64,000 nucleotides of DNA from Felis catus. Lineage: Eukaryota. Location of the stretch: contig NC_058370.1 in NCBI RefSeq assembly GCF_018350175.1, positions 51,150,001 through 51,214,000 of the forward strand. Reading direction: 5' to 3'. Position numbers and translations under genes: made by a program. How positions within the stretch are numbered: the stretch's first letter is position 1; each line of letters begins with the position of its first letter. This document shows positions 35,385 to 47,839 of this stretch, in pieces. The notes under the pieces were generated by a model. The model was given only the letters and a program-made list of their open reading frames with translations. It had not been told where the DNA came from and made no database searches.

Positions 35385-37957
35385 CTGGTGGGGGGGGAAA
35401 CAGATACCACATTGGGTGAGTCTGACCCTAGGCTGGAGGATGACACCCCAGGGCCTGCTTGCAAGGTCTCTCTCTTTGTTCTTCCTTTCCTTTTCCCCAT
35501 CTGGTGTAATTATTATAATTTGGGGTTACTTCCCCCACTTTTAAAAATTTCTACTTTGATTTTAATTTTTACACCACCTTTTCATTTTTTAATTAAAATT
35601 AAAAAATAATTTCCCCTCCGTGTCCTTTTGGAGCCCGATCTATGCAGCTGGAACATTTTTGCCTGAGAGACAGTCTCTCCCTCCAGCCCATTTTGGACAG
35701 TGGCCTCCTCTGAGGTGGGGCCTGGGACAGCCACTTCAGTCCTGGGGCAGGCACTGGGGTATGGGCGGGACACTTAGTTGTGTCCTCAGTTCTGTCCTGT
35801 CCTGGCTGCATGATGCCAGGCTAGTTGTCCTGACCTCCGGAGTGTCAGCTTCTTTGTCTGAGGAATAGGGAGGGTGGGGGACGCCTCTTAAATGGATGTC
35901 CCACACGATGTGTGAAAGTGTTCTGGACCTTGTATGGTAAAATGGTCACTCTTTTTAAATGTGCTCCAAAAATCTTACCTTAGCACCTGAACTGGATGAA
36001 ATCACATCATAAATGAAGCCCAATTTTTTACACATCTCATTTCCGAAAAACCTGGGTGCTTCCCTGCAGCCTCTGAGGCCTCTGTGGAACCTCATTTCAG
36101 ACCAACATGACATAAAATCCAACTGGAGACATAATTGTTCCCATAGGGGACTCAAAGTGGAGCTGTGGGCCTGAGCTCTAACTTAGCACAGACCCCTGAA
36201 CACCCCTCATGGCTACGGCAGGTCCAGGGCATGGGTGGGGGCACTGGGTGCTGCCACGCACAGCTCCCTGAATCTGAGACAAATCTGACCCTCTGGCTGG
36301 CAGCTGGCTGGGGATCCAGAGCCCCAGGATCAAGCACACATCCCACACCACACACCTGTCCACCGGGCCTCAGAGGAAGGTTAAAAAGAAGTTGTGCTCA
36401 CTCTGAGGGTCAATGTTCTAAAACACCACCAAAGACAAACCAGCATGTGCCCTGATGCCCATGTTCCTCGCTGCTGCTCAGCCTGTCTGGAATCTTCTGT
36501 CCCCACCCTCCAGCCAGCTGTGCCTCCCTGCCCCCTCAGGGAACTCCTCAGGGGCAGGTGTGCTCAACACTAGACTGGGCCTGCACCTCAATGCTGAGGG
36601 GGAGGAGGGAGGAGCTGAGAGGGACATGCCCACCCCACTGGGCACGTGAAGTGAAGCTTCTCTGCAATGTCCAAGTCCTAACTGTGGGTGGGTTTTATAG
36701 CCGGGAGGATGCAACCACTCTCAATCCCTGAAAACCCCTAGCTGGAAGTCGCTCCAGAGCCTACATCTGGAGAGTTACACCCACATCTGGAGGGTTCCTC
36801 TCTGGTCATGGAGGCTGCCCCACTTAGGACCCCTGCTGGACCCTTGCTCCACTCCAGGTTCTCTGCAGTCAGCAACCACACAGTGAAAACATAGGCAGAC
36901 CACAGCCTTCCTCTGCTCAGAACAGAAGCCAAAGTTGGGGAAAGGCTTCTATGTTCTCTTTGCTCTCTGAGCACATGTGCACTCCTCAATCTCCCCCAGC
37001 TCAGGACTCCCTTGCCCGGGCTGCTCTTGCCTGCCACTTCCCTGATGCTCTCTCTGGAGCAATCTCGCCTTCCACAAGCCAGCTGGGCCCTATTCACCAT
37101 GCTTAGTGCTTAGCACAGGTCTCCCACACTAGCATGCAAGCCCCCAGAGCAGCAATTGTTACCCTGTGCTCCCTGCAGTGTGCCCAGTGCCTAGGACAAG
37201 ACTTGCACACAGGAGCACTATTCATACATGCAGGAGGGCACCTGGAGGCCGGGGGGTGGTGCTGTCAGTCAGGTGGAGCTGCTGGGGAGCCAGAGTAACC
37301 GGGCAGGCGGAGGCGCAAAGGTGTCAGTGGCTGGTGGCAGCTGGCGCAGAGAGGTCCAGTGGTGCCTGTATCTGGGCCTGCAGCTCCATAGCAACCACCC
37401 AGCAAACAATGCCTCCCCCCAGCCCACAGTGTACACTTCAGCTCCTGCTGTCAGCCACTGGCCATAGGAGGGGAACGTTGGCCAGACTAATGGCCCAGGA
37501 GCAGGATGACCAGCAGGCCTTAAGGGACTGGGTCATCCATCCATGCATAGGAGATGAACCTGGGAGGAACCACATACTGGGTGGTTGGCAATGCTGGGAC
37601 TCAGAGGTCCAGGGCCTGACCTGGACTAGAAAGGCCACCCCCAGGAGGCACTGTCCTGCTGCTCCCCTCTTCCCTGGCAGTGCCTGGCTGTGGTCCTGGC
37701 CCACTGGCTGGGGCAAGAAGGTGGGGTATTCCTTTTCCCTCAGTCTTCCTTGGGCTGTCGGCTGTGAAGGCCTGTCCCCTGGGTCGTGCCTCCCCCATAA
37801 GCCACAGCCATACACATGGCCTCTGAAAGAGATCATCCAGGTGTCCCAAGCAGCTGGCTGTCCTGAGGATCCTCAAGGGGCTCTAAATGTGAAGCCTCTG
37901 ACCTGTACATTCTGCTTTTGGAAAACCAGGACATTATAACCAAAAGAGTTCCTATGT

Positions 37958-38115
37958 CAGCATTTCTTCAAATGTGGCCGTAGACTTCAGGGCCTCTAGG
38001 TCAGAATCCTGGCTCTGTGCCAGACCTACTTGATGAAACTGTGGGAATGGGGCCAGGAGTGTGGATTTTCAGCAAGTTCTGTGGGTGAATGTTTAACTTG
38101 CTATTGTTTGAGAAT
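37958..38115. mobile_element. MER5-like fragment (weaker relics at ~1925-2100, ~14760-14870, ~49590-49670)
   Basis: ttcttcaaatgtggcc...ccagacctact...gggaatggggccaggagtgtggattttcagcaag...tttgagaa. Confidence 0.55.
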
Positions 38116-39465
38116 TAAGGTGAAAGCTCTAGGCAAGTCTTCGTTCTTCAACCACCTGCTCAGAGGGGTTGGGGTGCTGGCCCATTGGGGTTAGGACAGG
38201 GAAGCCATGGTTTGGGGCATCTGGGATTGGTGCTGTGAAGGCTGAGGAGACAATGCACAGGCAGAGAAGACCCAGGCTCCACTCTGGGGAGCTCACGGTC
38301 CCAGTTTATTCCAGGCTGTTCAGACCAGGGGGGAGAGAGAAAGGTGACTCCTGAGTCTGACTTAGCAGGCAAGCAGGGTTCCTACTGCTTAGGGACCAGT
38401 GCTGGCCAGGCATGCTGAGTGCTTTGGAAGGGCTGCAGGTTTAGGAGGGTTGGGCCAGTTCTCATAACTCTCTAGGCTCTAGATGCTGGCTTTGGGGGTA
38501 TAAAGGAGAGAGAAAATACAGTATGCCTCTCGCTTTCCTCTCAGCCCAGAATCTCTGCAAACGGCTGCGTGCTGGCCACTCCCCGATGACAGATGGCCTT
38601 GAGGAGGTAGGAATAGTCTGTAAAATAAGTTCCCATATGTCCGGCACTCAGGCCGTGTGTGCAGCTACAGAGACCAGCACCAGCCCTATCTGTGGCTCTC
38701 TGCCACCCTCCACCTTTTCTCCAAACACCTGCCTCCTTCTCTTCCCCAAGGATGAGAAGGCAAAGAGTGAGATGATTTCTCAGACTTCAAACACAAGTTT
38801 TGGCTTTTGCCTCAACTGCCAGATGTGAAGCAAACAAGCAACTCTGAAAATGTAATTTGCTAGGAAAAAAAAAAAGTAATTTGGTGCTTCTGAGTAATTC
38901 AATGATTTAATGAGCCCAGATGGATGATGTGGGCCTAATGTATAAGAGTCGAGCATTTAACGTTCTTGTCCAGATCATTCCAAGACTCTGAGCTATTTTT
39001 CCTGCTGCATGAAAGTAATTGATACTCCCTGTTATAGACACAAAGGGCCAAATGAACAGTTAAGGACAGCAGCTACTCCTGTGTTATGACTGTGGCGTCA
39101 TAAATTATAAGAGACTGCCTTGTGCTGAGCTAAGGTTAGGTCAACCACAACTAATTTTCAGACATAAGATTCAGGAAATCAAAAGGCTCAAAATCAGAAT
39201 GAATTCTTACCACTGCATATTGCAATTAGCTTTATGTGTGAGGTTTGGCATGTCCTCCTCCTGTGTCATCTGCTCTCCTCCTGACAACAGGGGTCACCGG
39301 GAGGCCCTCTGAGTGGCAGGCTTTTCAGAGCATTTGCTTCAGTGCCTACTGAGGGCGAGTGACCCTCGAGATGGTGGATGTGATCATCACAGAGCAGTTT
39401 CCCTCTAGGAACTTGGAAATAAGAGTATGCCTAAACCCCAAACACTAAGCTATAATATCAGCACA

Positions 39466-39935
39466 TGTATTAGGTGCTTGTTGCTGTTATAACAAATTTC
39501 CACAAACTTAGTGGCATAATTTCTTATCTTACAGTTAAGTCAGACATCCAATGTAGTCACCCAGAGTGCATTCCTTTTGAAGGCTCTGGGAGTAATGCAC
39601 TCCCCTGCTTTTTGCAGCTCTTAGAAGCTGTCTACATTCCTGGCCAAAGGCCCCTTCCTCCATCTTCAGAGCCAGCAATGGCCAGTTGAGTCCTCACACT
39701 GCATCACTTTGACCCTCTCTGCTGCCTTCCTCTTCTCCTTAGAGGGACTCTGTGATCACACTGGGCCCGCCTGGATAATCCAGGATAATCTCTCCATTTT
39801 AGAGTCAGCTGGTTAGCAACTTCTATCATGCCTGCAGCCTTCATTCCTCTAGGCCATGTAAGTCCCCCATGTAAGTCACAGTTTGGGGGATCAGGGCACA
39901 GACATCTTTGGGAAGCCATTGTTCTGCCTACCATG
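39466..39935 (-). mobile_element. MLT1D-like solo LTR
   Basis: tgtattag...acaaatttccacaaacttagtggc...ggataatccaggataatctc...ttctgcctacca; 5-bp TSD-like gcaca / acaca. Confidence 0.8.
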
Positions 39936-41764
39936 ACACATAATAGATCAAAAAAACTTAAATCCTAACAAAGCCAAACAACTCACAGGCCAGTAAGAGG
40001 TGAGGATAAATAGACTGAGTGTGTGAACATATGGGAGAAAAGATTGTGCCAATAAAAAGTAGAGGAAGGGGTGCCAGGCAACATTGGGGGCACCACCATC
40101 TTATTATTGTATATGTCATACCATTTCATATAATCATATATGTCATTTAATATGTTATTATTGCTCTTATTATGAATTCATAATTTCCCAGGTATTGATC
40201 TATGCATTTTACAAATATTATAACTATCAGATAGGTATTAATATCCCCACTTTGTATATGGGGAACTGGGACTCGAAGAAATGAAGATGCCTATTTGGGT
40301 GAAATGGATGATAAGAGGTAAGTGTGCCGATATTTCAGAGCCACTCTGCAACTTCTCCGAGGTTCAAGAGAGCCAGGAGGCAGGCATCCAGAGGATGGGT
40401 GCAGGGCGGCTGGCCCAAGAACTCAGCCAGACCTGCCCAGGGTCAGCATATCCCTGCTGGGGAGATGGGACGTTAGACAGTACTACTGGATCCCATAACT
40501 ATACTGCTGTTATGAGTTCCCCAAGTAACCTCCAGAAATGTGGCTCCCTGCACATTGTCCATAGGGCATAACATGTCCAGATGGTCCAAGGATTAGGTTC
40601 CCGAGGAAGGGTTAGTAATCGGCACTCTGGTTTACACATCAGGCCTGTGAGTTTGGCTGTTATAGATTTCCTGAGAGCTGAACCTGCCTCTAGTGAGCTG
40701 ACGTGCAGGCCTGGCCAACCAGACCTGGGGGAGTTCTCCATGGTTCACTCCTCTGGGCGGCCCAAACTTCCTTCCTCTGGGAACAGTTAGGAGAGACGCT
40801 CCCAGTGTCTTCCTGAATCCTCAGGAGGGAAATTGTTACATCCCAGGGAGTTTGTACATAGGAGACACTCAGAACATGCAAGAGGCAGCCTTGTAGCACC
40901 CAGAGCCTAGCCACTCCAGGTGAGAGATGCCCCTTCCTCAGTGAGCTAGTGGTGGAAGCCTTGAATCTGAGCCCCACCTGCCCTTTGCTGCTCTCCCCCC
41001 TTCAAACCTTAAAGTGGCCTTGCACACGGCAGGCACTCTGCAGATACGTGGCTTGCAAGTGAGTGCCCAGGGCCTCCATAGCAGGGATTCCTGTAACAGC
41101 TGCTCCCCTCCAGCTGTGAGCTAAGTTTTATTCACAAGCCTGCAGGGCCCAAGGCCAAGCACTTTCTGGAGCTGTCCCAGCCTGAAGACTAAGCCTTTCC
41201 ACTGTTACACCCTTGCTCCAACATGCTGGGGCTTCCTAGGACACAAGGCAGCCTAGGGACTGCACGGGGCGAGAGAAGGGGGCATTTGGGGGCTCATTAG
41301 GCAGCAGTTTCATTTCAGGCTGTATTTTGAAAACTCTCATCACTAATGAGCTTCACAGAGTGCTGGGGACAAGCAGGGTGCCAAAAGTCTCTGGGTACAA
41401 TAAGCCCTGATTAGATGGAATATTCACAGAATGAGAGTAATTCTCTGATCTTTTTAGTTAATCATGACTTCCATGGTTTAGTAGAACAGGGTATTTTAAG
41501 ACCTTTTATTAAGGAGTCTGGAAGTTGAGGGATCTAGGGAGAACAGAAACTTAGGGGAGACATGAGAACAGCTTTGAAATATCTCGGCCTATCTTTCTCA
41601 GGAGCCACCAACTTTGTTACCTGGGGCAGAGGGACTGGGAACCACATTAAGAAATCATAGGCATCTGGGGGTTGGTCTTATGGAAGGATGAAGGTTCTGA
41701 CATGAAAGAGCTGCCCAAAGTTGGAGGAGGCTCCTTGGAGGGAAATGGAGAAAGAAAGAGAACA

Positions 41765-42270
41765 TGTGTGTCTGTGTGTGTGTCTGTGTGTGTGCCTGTG
41801 TGTGTGTGTGTGTGTGTGTGTGTGGTGTTTGTGTGAGATGTGAGGTGTCTGTGGTATATGGTGTGTGTGAAGTGTGTGTGTGGTGTGTATGTGTGTGTGG
41901 TGTGTGTGTGTATGGTATATGGTGTGTGTGCATGTGTGGTGTGGTATGTGTTTGGTGTGTGAGTATGGTATTTGTGTGAGATGTATGTTAAGTGTGTATG
42001 TGGTATGTGTGTGTGTGTGGTGTGTATATGTGTGTGGTGTGGTATGAGGTGTGTGGTGAATGTGTGATATGTGGTATGCGTGGTGTCTGTGTGGTATTTC
42101 TGTGAGATGTGTGGTATATGTTGTGCATGTGTGTATGTCTGAGGATGTGCGTGTGTGTGGTATGTGCTATATGTGCACATGTGGTGTGGTGTCGTGTTTG
42201 CTGTGTGTGGGGTGTGGTATGGGTGTGGTGGTGGGGGGGTGTGTATGTGTGTATGTGTGATGTGAGGTAA
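41765..42270. repeat. ~500-bp degenerate (TG)n / TGTGG / TGGTA low-complexity tract
   Basis: Directly visible; gives spurious His/Thr- and Cys/Val-rich ORFs. Confidence 0.95.
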
Positions 42271-42989
42271 GGTGTGAATCCAGTCTCCTCAGGGCCTGGG
42301 GGTTTGCTGTGGGGAACGCACCTCACAGTAATGGATCCTGCTGTGACGGAGTTTGGACAGCAAGTATATCTTGCACCAACAAGGGGGTGGTGATCAATTG
42401 CTGAGGATCCAGAGGCAGATGCTGATATCCTGGCAAGGCTGTGATATGGTCCATACTGTTTTAAAGCCAGAGACACCCAGATCCCTTTGTGGGCAAGTTG
42501 CACCTTGGGCAGCTGCTGACCATGCTCCTCAAAGTGGTTCAGAGACCAGGCTCTGTGGCTGGAAAGCCTTGAATTCAATCTCTGGCTTGGCTAATTACTT
42601 TTAGCTGTGTGATCTCGAGCAAGTTACTTAGCCTTTCAAGAAGATGAGGATACTAAATTCGTAGGGTTGTTACAAGAATCACCTGAGGTAACACACACAA
42701 GGCACCTAGAACAATGCCAGCAGATGCTAAGCTGCATACACAGCATGGCCATTCTGGGTGTTTATGGCCCAAGTCCATACTGATTGTTGAGTGTCTGAAT
42801 CTCCCCCTGCACAGAGCACAGAGCTTTCATTCTAAAAACAGGTGTAAATATGGACTGACATGACAACTGCTTGTCGGAAATACGTAACCAGCTCATGTTG
42901 TCCCTCCGCTGCCCGTGGAGACTGTTCTCTCAGTGGCGCTGGATCTCAACACCACAGCATCAACCCAGCCCTGAAGCCCATCATCTGGG

Positions 42990-43292
42990 TATGCCTTGGC
43001 AAAGTGGACTGCAGCTTATTTGTGTGGTCTGAGAGCTAAGAATGCTGTTACAATTTTAAATGGTTGAAAAAGAAATCAAAATAAGAAAAATATTTCATGA
43101 CACAAGAAAATTAAATGAAATTAAAATTTTGGTGTCCATAAGTAGAGTTTTACTGGAGTGCCCACGCCCATTGCTTCCATATTGTCTATGGCTGCCTTCA
43201 TGCCGGCACAGCAGAGGTGAGAGTTGTGACAGAGACCTGCAGTGTCTGCAGAATTTACTATCTAGGCCTTGACAGAAAAGGCGTGTCACCCC
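42990..43292. mobile_element. MER58B-like hAT-Charlie MITE
   Basis: gagctaagaatgctgttacaattttaaatggttgaaaaa...tattgtctatggctgcctt...atttactatctaggcc. Confidence 0.75.
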
Positions 43293-44113
43293 CCATTTAG
43301 ACAGAACTTAACTAGCCCTGCATTGGCACTGGGGGTTAGTGGATGCGCAGGACAGTGGTGCCCTTCTCAGGCTTCAGCACTGGGGTCCATGGGGAGGAGC
43401 TGGCCATCAGGCAGTGAGTCCGAGGTGAGGGAGGATTCAGACAGAAATGCCAGGACTGTTTCCTGAGGAGACTGCTCGCATGTTTACTATTTAAGCAGCG
43501 TTCCAACAAAGAAGGCACATGGAAGGGAAAGTACTTCTGTGCTATCCAGATTGGACACCATCACCTCTCACTGGAGTGCCTTCAGCCCTTATCTGAAGCT
43601 CTCTAAGGACTAACTCAAATGGGCCCATCAGCTGAGCAAGATGCCAGCCTCTGACCCCTTATAAAAGTCAAGCACGTGAGGGCCCTCAGTGGACTCAGTT
43701 TACTGCTCTGTATAACTCTAGGCTGAACTCTATGAAATTTCTGGTTTTGGTAAAAAAAAAAATGAATGTTGTCACTTTTGTATGGTTTAACCCAACAGAC
43801 TATATACCTTGAGGCCAATTTGGGGGTAATGTTTTATAATTCTAACATGTCAGAGTGGGTTGAGCCTCAAGAAAAGCTGCCTCTGGGGTGGGGTACACAG
43901 GCCATGGGACTCAGTCCAGGGGTCCACTCCAGGTTTCCCACAGGGTTGAGGGGAGACAGTCCTCTCACTAGCATCATTGCTCACTCTCTGGGCTCAGTGC
44001 CCCATCAGTTCTGCCAAGTTTCCTGATGAATCCCTTGCAAATCCCAAACTCAGGACCCATATGGATTCAGAACATGAAATAGGCTCCTCTTCATTCCCAA
44101 ATGCTTTTTATCT

Positions 44114-44335
44114 TTTTTTTAATGTTTATTTTTTATTTTTAAGGGAGACAGAGAGAGAAAGAGCAAGCGAGCAGGGGAGGGGCAGAGAGAGAGAGGGAGA
44201 CACTGAACCCGAAGCAGGCTTCAGGCTCAGACATGTCAGCAGAGAGCCCGAGGTGGGGCTCGAACTCATGAACTGCGAGATCATGACCTGAGCTAAAGTC
44301 AGATGCTCAACCAACTGAGCCACCCAGGCGCCCCC
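44114..44335 (-). mobile_element. CanSINE, sense to SH3RF3, ~190 bp downstream of the penultimate exon donor
   Basis: SINEC motifs; TSD aatgc(t/c)ttttatct at 44100-44113 and 44340-44353. Confidence 0.94.
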
Positions 44336-44525
44336 CGCTAATGCCTTTTATCTGATGCTCACCATTCAAGCTCAGGAACTGAGTAGATGTGGGTAAGAGG
44401 GACATTTGGTAAATTTAATCCTCAGAAAATCCCTATTGTCACTGCTCCCCCAAAATGACTCCAATCTCAGAGACCAGCCCATACCAAGGCCCCAGAAGAT
44501 ACGAGCCCACCCTCCCTGCCCTTAC

Positions 44526-44860
44526 CTCTCCCTGGACAAAGGCTTGGGCTCCGGACGGATGGCAGCCATGGAGAGAGGCGCTTGCCTGGAGGGAGATGAG
44601 GAGAAGTTCAGATCCAAGGAGCCTGCCTTTCTGTGCAGTGGCTCCATCCCCACTGCACCCTGCATCTCGCTCTCTATGGGGCAGGACCCTGCCCTGCCAT
44701 GGATGGACAGTGAGGATACTTCGGGTCCCACGGCACCCTGGAGTGAGGTGTCCACTGCCACCAGGGCATCGTGGGTTGGAGAAATGGATGGTGGGGAGCG
44801 AGATTTCTTCTTGGTAGACGCCCCAGCAAGAAGCTTCAGCAGCCCACTTTTCTTCTCTTT
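44526..44860 (-). CDS. SH3RF3: SH3RF3 (POSH2) penultimate coding exon, 335 bp, phase 0 to phase 2
   Basis: Translation KEKKSGLLKLLAGASTKKKSRSPPSISPTHD...GRAGSCPIESEMQGAVGMEPLHRKAGSLDLNF...SMAAIRPEPKPLSRE matches the recalled SH3RF3 linker before SH3 #4. Minus-strand acceptor gtctttccAG at 44862-44861; donor AG|GTAAG at 44525-44521. Confidence 0.95.
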
Positions 44861-46805
44861 CTGGAAAGACACACAGAATTGAAATCCAGTGGGTTAATAC
44901 TCCTAAATGCCCTTGTTGGAGGAGGGAAGTATAATCTTGTTTGGAAACTTTAAACATAATCTTGTTAAGCAGGTTAGAGGAAGAAAACAAAGCTAAGACT
45001 GAAAGGTTTTCCAACTCTTGTTTTCTTTCCTTTCCCCAAATCTGGTGCAAGTGCCCAGAACAGACCCAGGAGGCCCTGGGGCAGACCAGAAGGTGCTATT
45101 CCCAGGAGAGGGTGCTGTTCCCAGGAGAGAGTGCTGCAGGAATAGGGAGGTGGGGGGGCGGGGGGGCCCTCCCGACAACACACCTCCTCACCATCACAGG
45201 ACCGTCCCAGACTGGTAAGACTCTAAGGAGCCAGGAGTCAACATCATTTGTCTCTCTTTACCTGGGAGAAGTGTGTAATTATTTTACATCAGGCTGAGAT
45301 TAGCTTCCTCAACCCACACCGGGTTTATAGAAGCAAAGGTCATGTATCCTAGACACAGCTTCATTGGGAAACTGGGCAACACTGTATTCAAACTTTTCTG
45401 GCACAAAATTATTTATACCACACAAGAAACCTGCAGTGTGTGTGTGCGCGCGAGCACATGTGTGCATCACATATATTCCCCAAGAAAGCCATTTGAAGGC
45501 AGGGAGGACCCGAGCTGAGGTCTCAGAGCTGAAGCAGCCCCCCATGGGGGCAACTTCTCCTCATGCCCTGAATTCTGTCAATGGGAAACACCCTGATAAA
45601 ACTGCTTCACTCAGCAGGTGGCTTCCTTATCTTAAGAGAGCTATTACAGGATATGACAACATTCAGGTCGTGGCTCCTTACATACAAAACTAATGAGATA
45701 ATCAGAAGAATCTGCCCTTATAATCATGAGGCTATCGATATGCTCCCCTACTAGGATGTGTAGACACCTCTCCTGCTCCATAGTTCACTCCCAGTTCTCA
45801 TGGAGGACTCCCCACCACACACCCCACACCAGTGGCAGGCACGACCAGTATAGGGTCTTCATCAGAGGCCCCATTTAGTACTCTCTTGGCCCTGAAGGAG
45901 CTTCTCTCCTTAGTCTCACATCCTGGGAGCTCAAAGCAGACTCTCAATATGTAAATGAGAGCCAGGTTGGGGTGGCAACACAGACCTGGAGAAAGAAAAG
46001 ATCCAGGCAGTGTCCTTGGGTGGCCTGGACCAGCCACCATGTTTGCTCTGAATTCTGCATATCACTGTCAGTGAAGGAGCACCTCAGCCTCCCTCAGCAT
46101 GTGCTGATTACACTGAAGCACATAAGGAAACATGATAAACATTGCTATCTAGAGAGTTGTTTGTGAAAGAGAAAGTGTGTACATGCAGAGGTGCTTTTAG
46201 AACAACACGCTTGCCTTGGAATCTGACCATTTTTATGGCTTTAATAGAGTTCAGTTTTTTAATGTTCAATGGAAATTAGGTGGCAGGGCACATGGCGTAA
46301 AACAATGGCAGCACACGGAAGTCTGAAAGTATAGCCACTGAGTCAGTGATGCCTATCAAAGAGTCTGCTTTGGTCACAGGGCTCAGTAGACCCTGAGGTG
46401 GACAGAAGGCAGACATCCTCTTCTCACCTTCCTGTCTGCAGGGTTAGAGGCTACTGGGGGATGATTTCAGCATCACCACACTGATGCTGAAATCTTCTTA
46501 AAATTCACATATTAGGGATATGCATATCCTTAAGCTAAGTCAATAACACTTTAGTATGAACAAGTCCATGTTTTTTTTTCCTCTACTGTTAGCACTGATA
46601 TTGACAGAAAGAAGGGAAGTAGATGTTCTGAAGACTGTACATAGTGAGGAATTTCTGGCATGGGTGATCCCAAGGCTGGTGGGGAGCAGGTTGGTGTGGG
46701 GTAATGCAGCAAAGGGCAACCCTCTCTGTTTATGTTTCCTAGCTCTGTCCTGCTTCAACATCCATAAAGGAGTTCTGTGACACACTTAGGAGAGTTTCAC
46801 TAGTT

Positions 46806-46824
46806 TGGCCACGAGGGGGCACCA
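46806..46824 (+). promoter_or_regulatory. Candidate CTCF site
   Basis: TGGCCACGAGGGGGCACCA versus the CTCF consensus TGGCCACCAGGGGGCGCTA; motif only. Confidence 0.5.
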
Positions 46825-47839
46825 CATATCTGGCTCAGAGGGATCCCTGTCTCCCAAGTAGCTGGGGCTCCTGAGGCCACTGCCATTGAGAGGTGCTGGT
46901 GGGTGGCAGTGTGTGTCTGGTTCCTCATGATGACAGTCTCCTAACCTGAGACCATGAAGGGGAGGGCACTAGAGGTAGGAGGACACAGTGTAGGCGTGAG
47001 GGGTGGTGTCTGATGGTTCACGGCCCTCTGGGGGCTCCGGAAGGATGAGCCTGCCCAGTGAGTCTAGGGAGCCATGTGTACACCCAAACTAAACACCCAG
47101 ATGCACAGAATGCAGGTCGAATATCACAAAAGCTACATGCTATCAAATTCTCAAATTCCAGTTATTAATCCAATGGGATGGTGAAGCTGGAGACTGTACA
47201 ACTTCAAGAACTGTATACATACATAAGCATATGCACTTACATAAAATTATGCATGGCATGAAATGGATCTGCAGCCCAGCCAAAGCCCTGAGGGGACAGG
47301 AGCCACTGCCTGGCATAGTCTGTAGTCCCTGAAGGGCTGTGGGTTGACCTGCCTTTGCTGCTGCCATCTTGGGCTGGGCCTAGCTCATAGAGATCAATAG
47401 GAAAGGGTGCAGGCCAGCCCTGGCATCAGGCCATGTAGTCTTCTGGAACCAGAGTGTGAAGCCTGGACACTCGGCCAGCAAACATGTGTGGAGCAATTTG
47501 ACAGCGCAGGGACCGCCCCTCTGGGCCATGATGCTGGAGTGTCGGCTGGTCCTGCCAACAATCCATAAGTCAGGGTGCACGTGCCCAGTGGGGGAGCACC
47601 TGTGTGCAAGATGTGGCCAGTGTCCCAGTCAAAGGGGCTCCATGTGGGAAAGCGTTTTCAGAGTGACTGTCCCCATGCCCCTGGGACAAGTGTTGGCTGC
47701 ACCATATCCACCTACCTCACCTATATTCAGAGCTAGTGTCCCTGGCCTCTTCTACATATGAATTAAAGGTGGAAGGAGATAGAATGAGGACGTGCCCAGG
47801 GCAGGTAGGGAGCCTCCTGTTAGAAGTTTCAGGGGTAAA

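Noticed and set aside
35385-35500. N-terminal extension MGKRKGRTK... of the SH3 ORF
   Set aside because: Intronic; a polypyrimidine tract and AG acceptor at 35386-35385 in the correct phase explain the exon start.
37166-37939. 257-aa + strand ORF, the longest non-L1 ORF
   Set aside because: Non-ATG start, GC-rich intronic DNA antisense to SH3RF3, Trp/Cys/Pro-rich composition with no recognisable domain.
41647-42578. His/Thr-rich and Cys/Val-rich ORFs
   Set aside because: Translations of the (TG)n low-complexity tract.
44406-45050. Alternative-frame and antisense ORFs (203, 158, 120 aa) overlapping the penultimate exon
   Set aside because: Shadow ORFs are expected over GC-rich coding exons; only one frame fits the splice phases and SH3RF3 homology.
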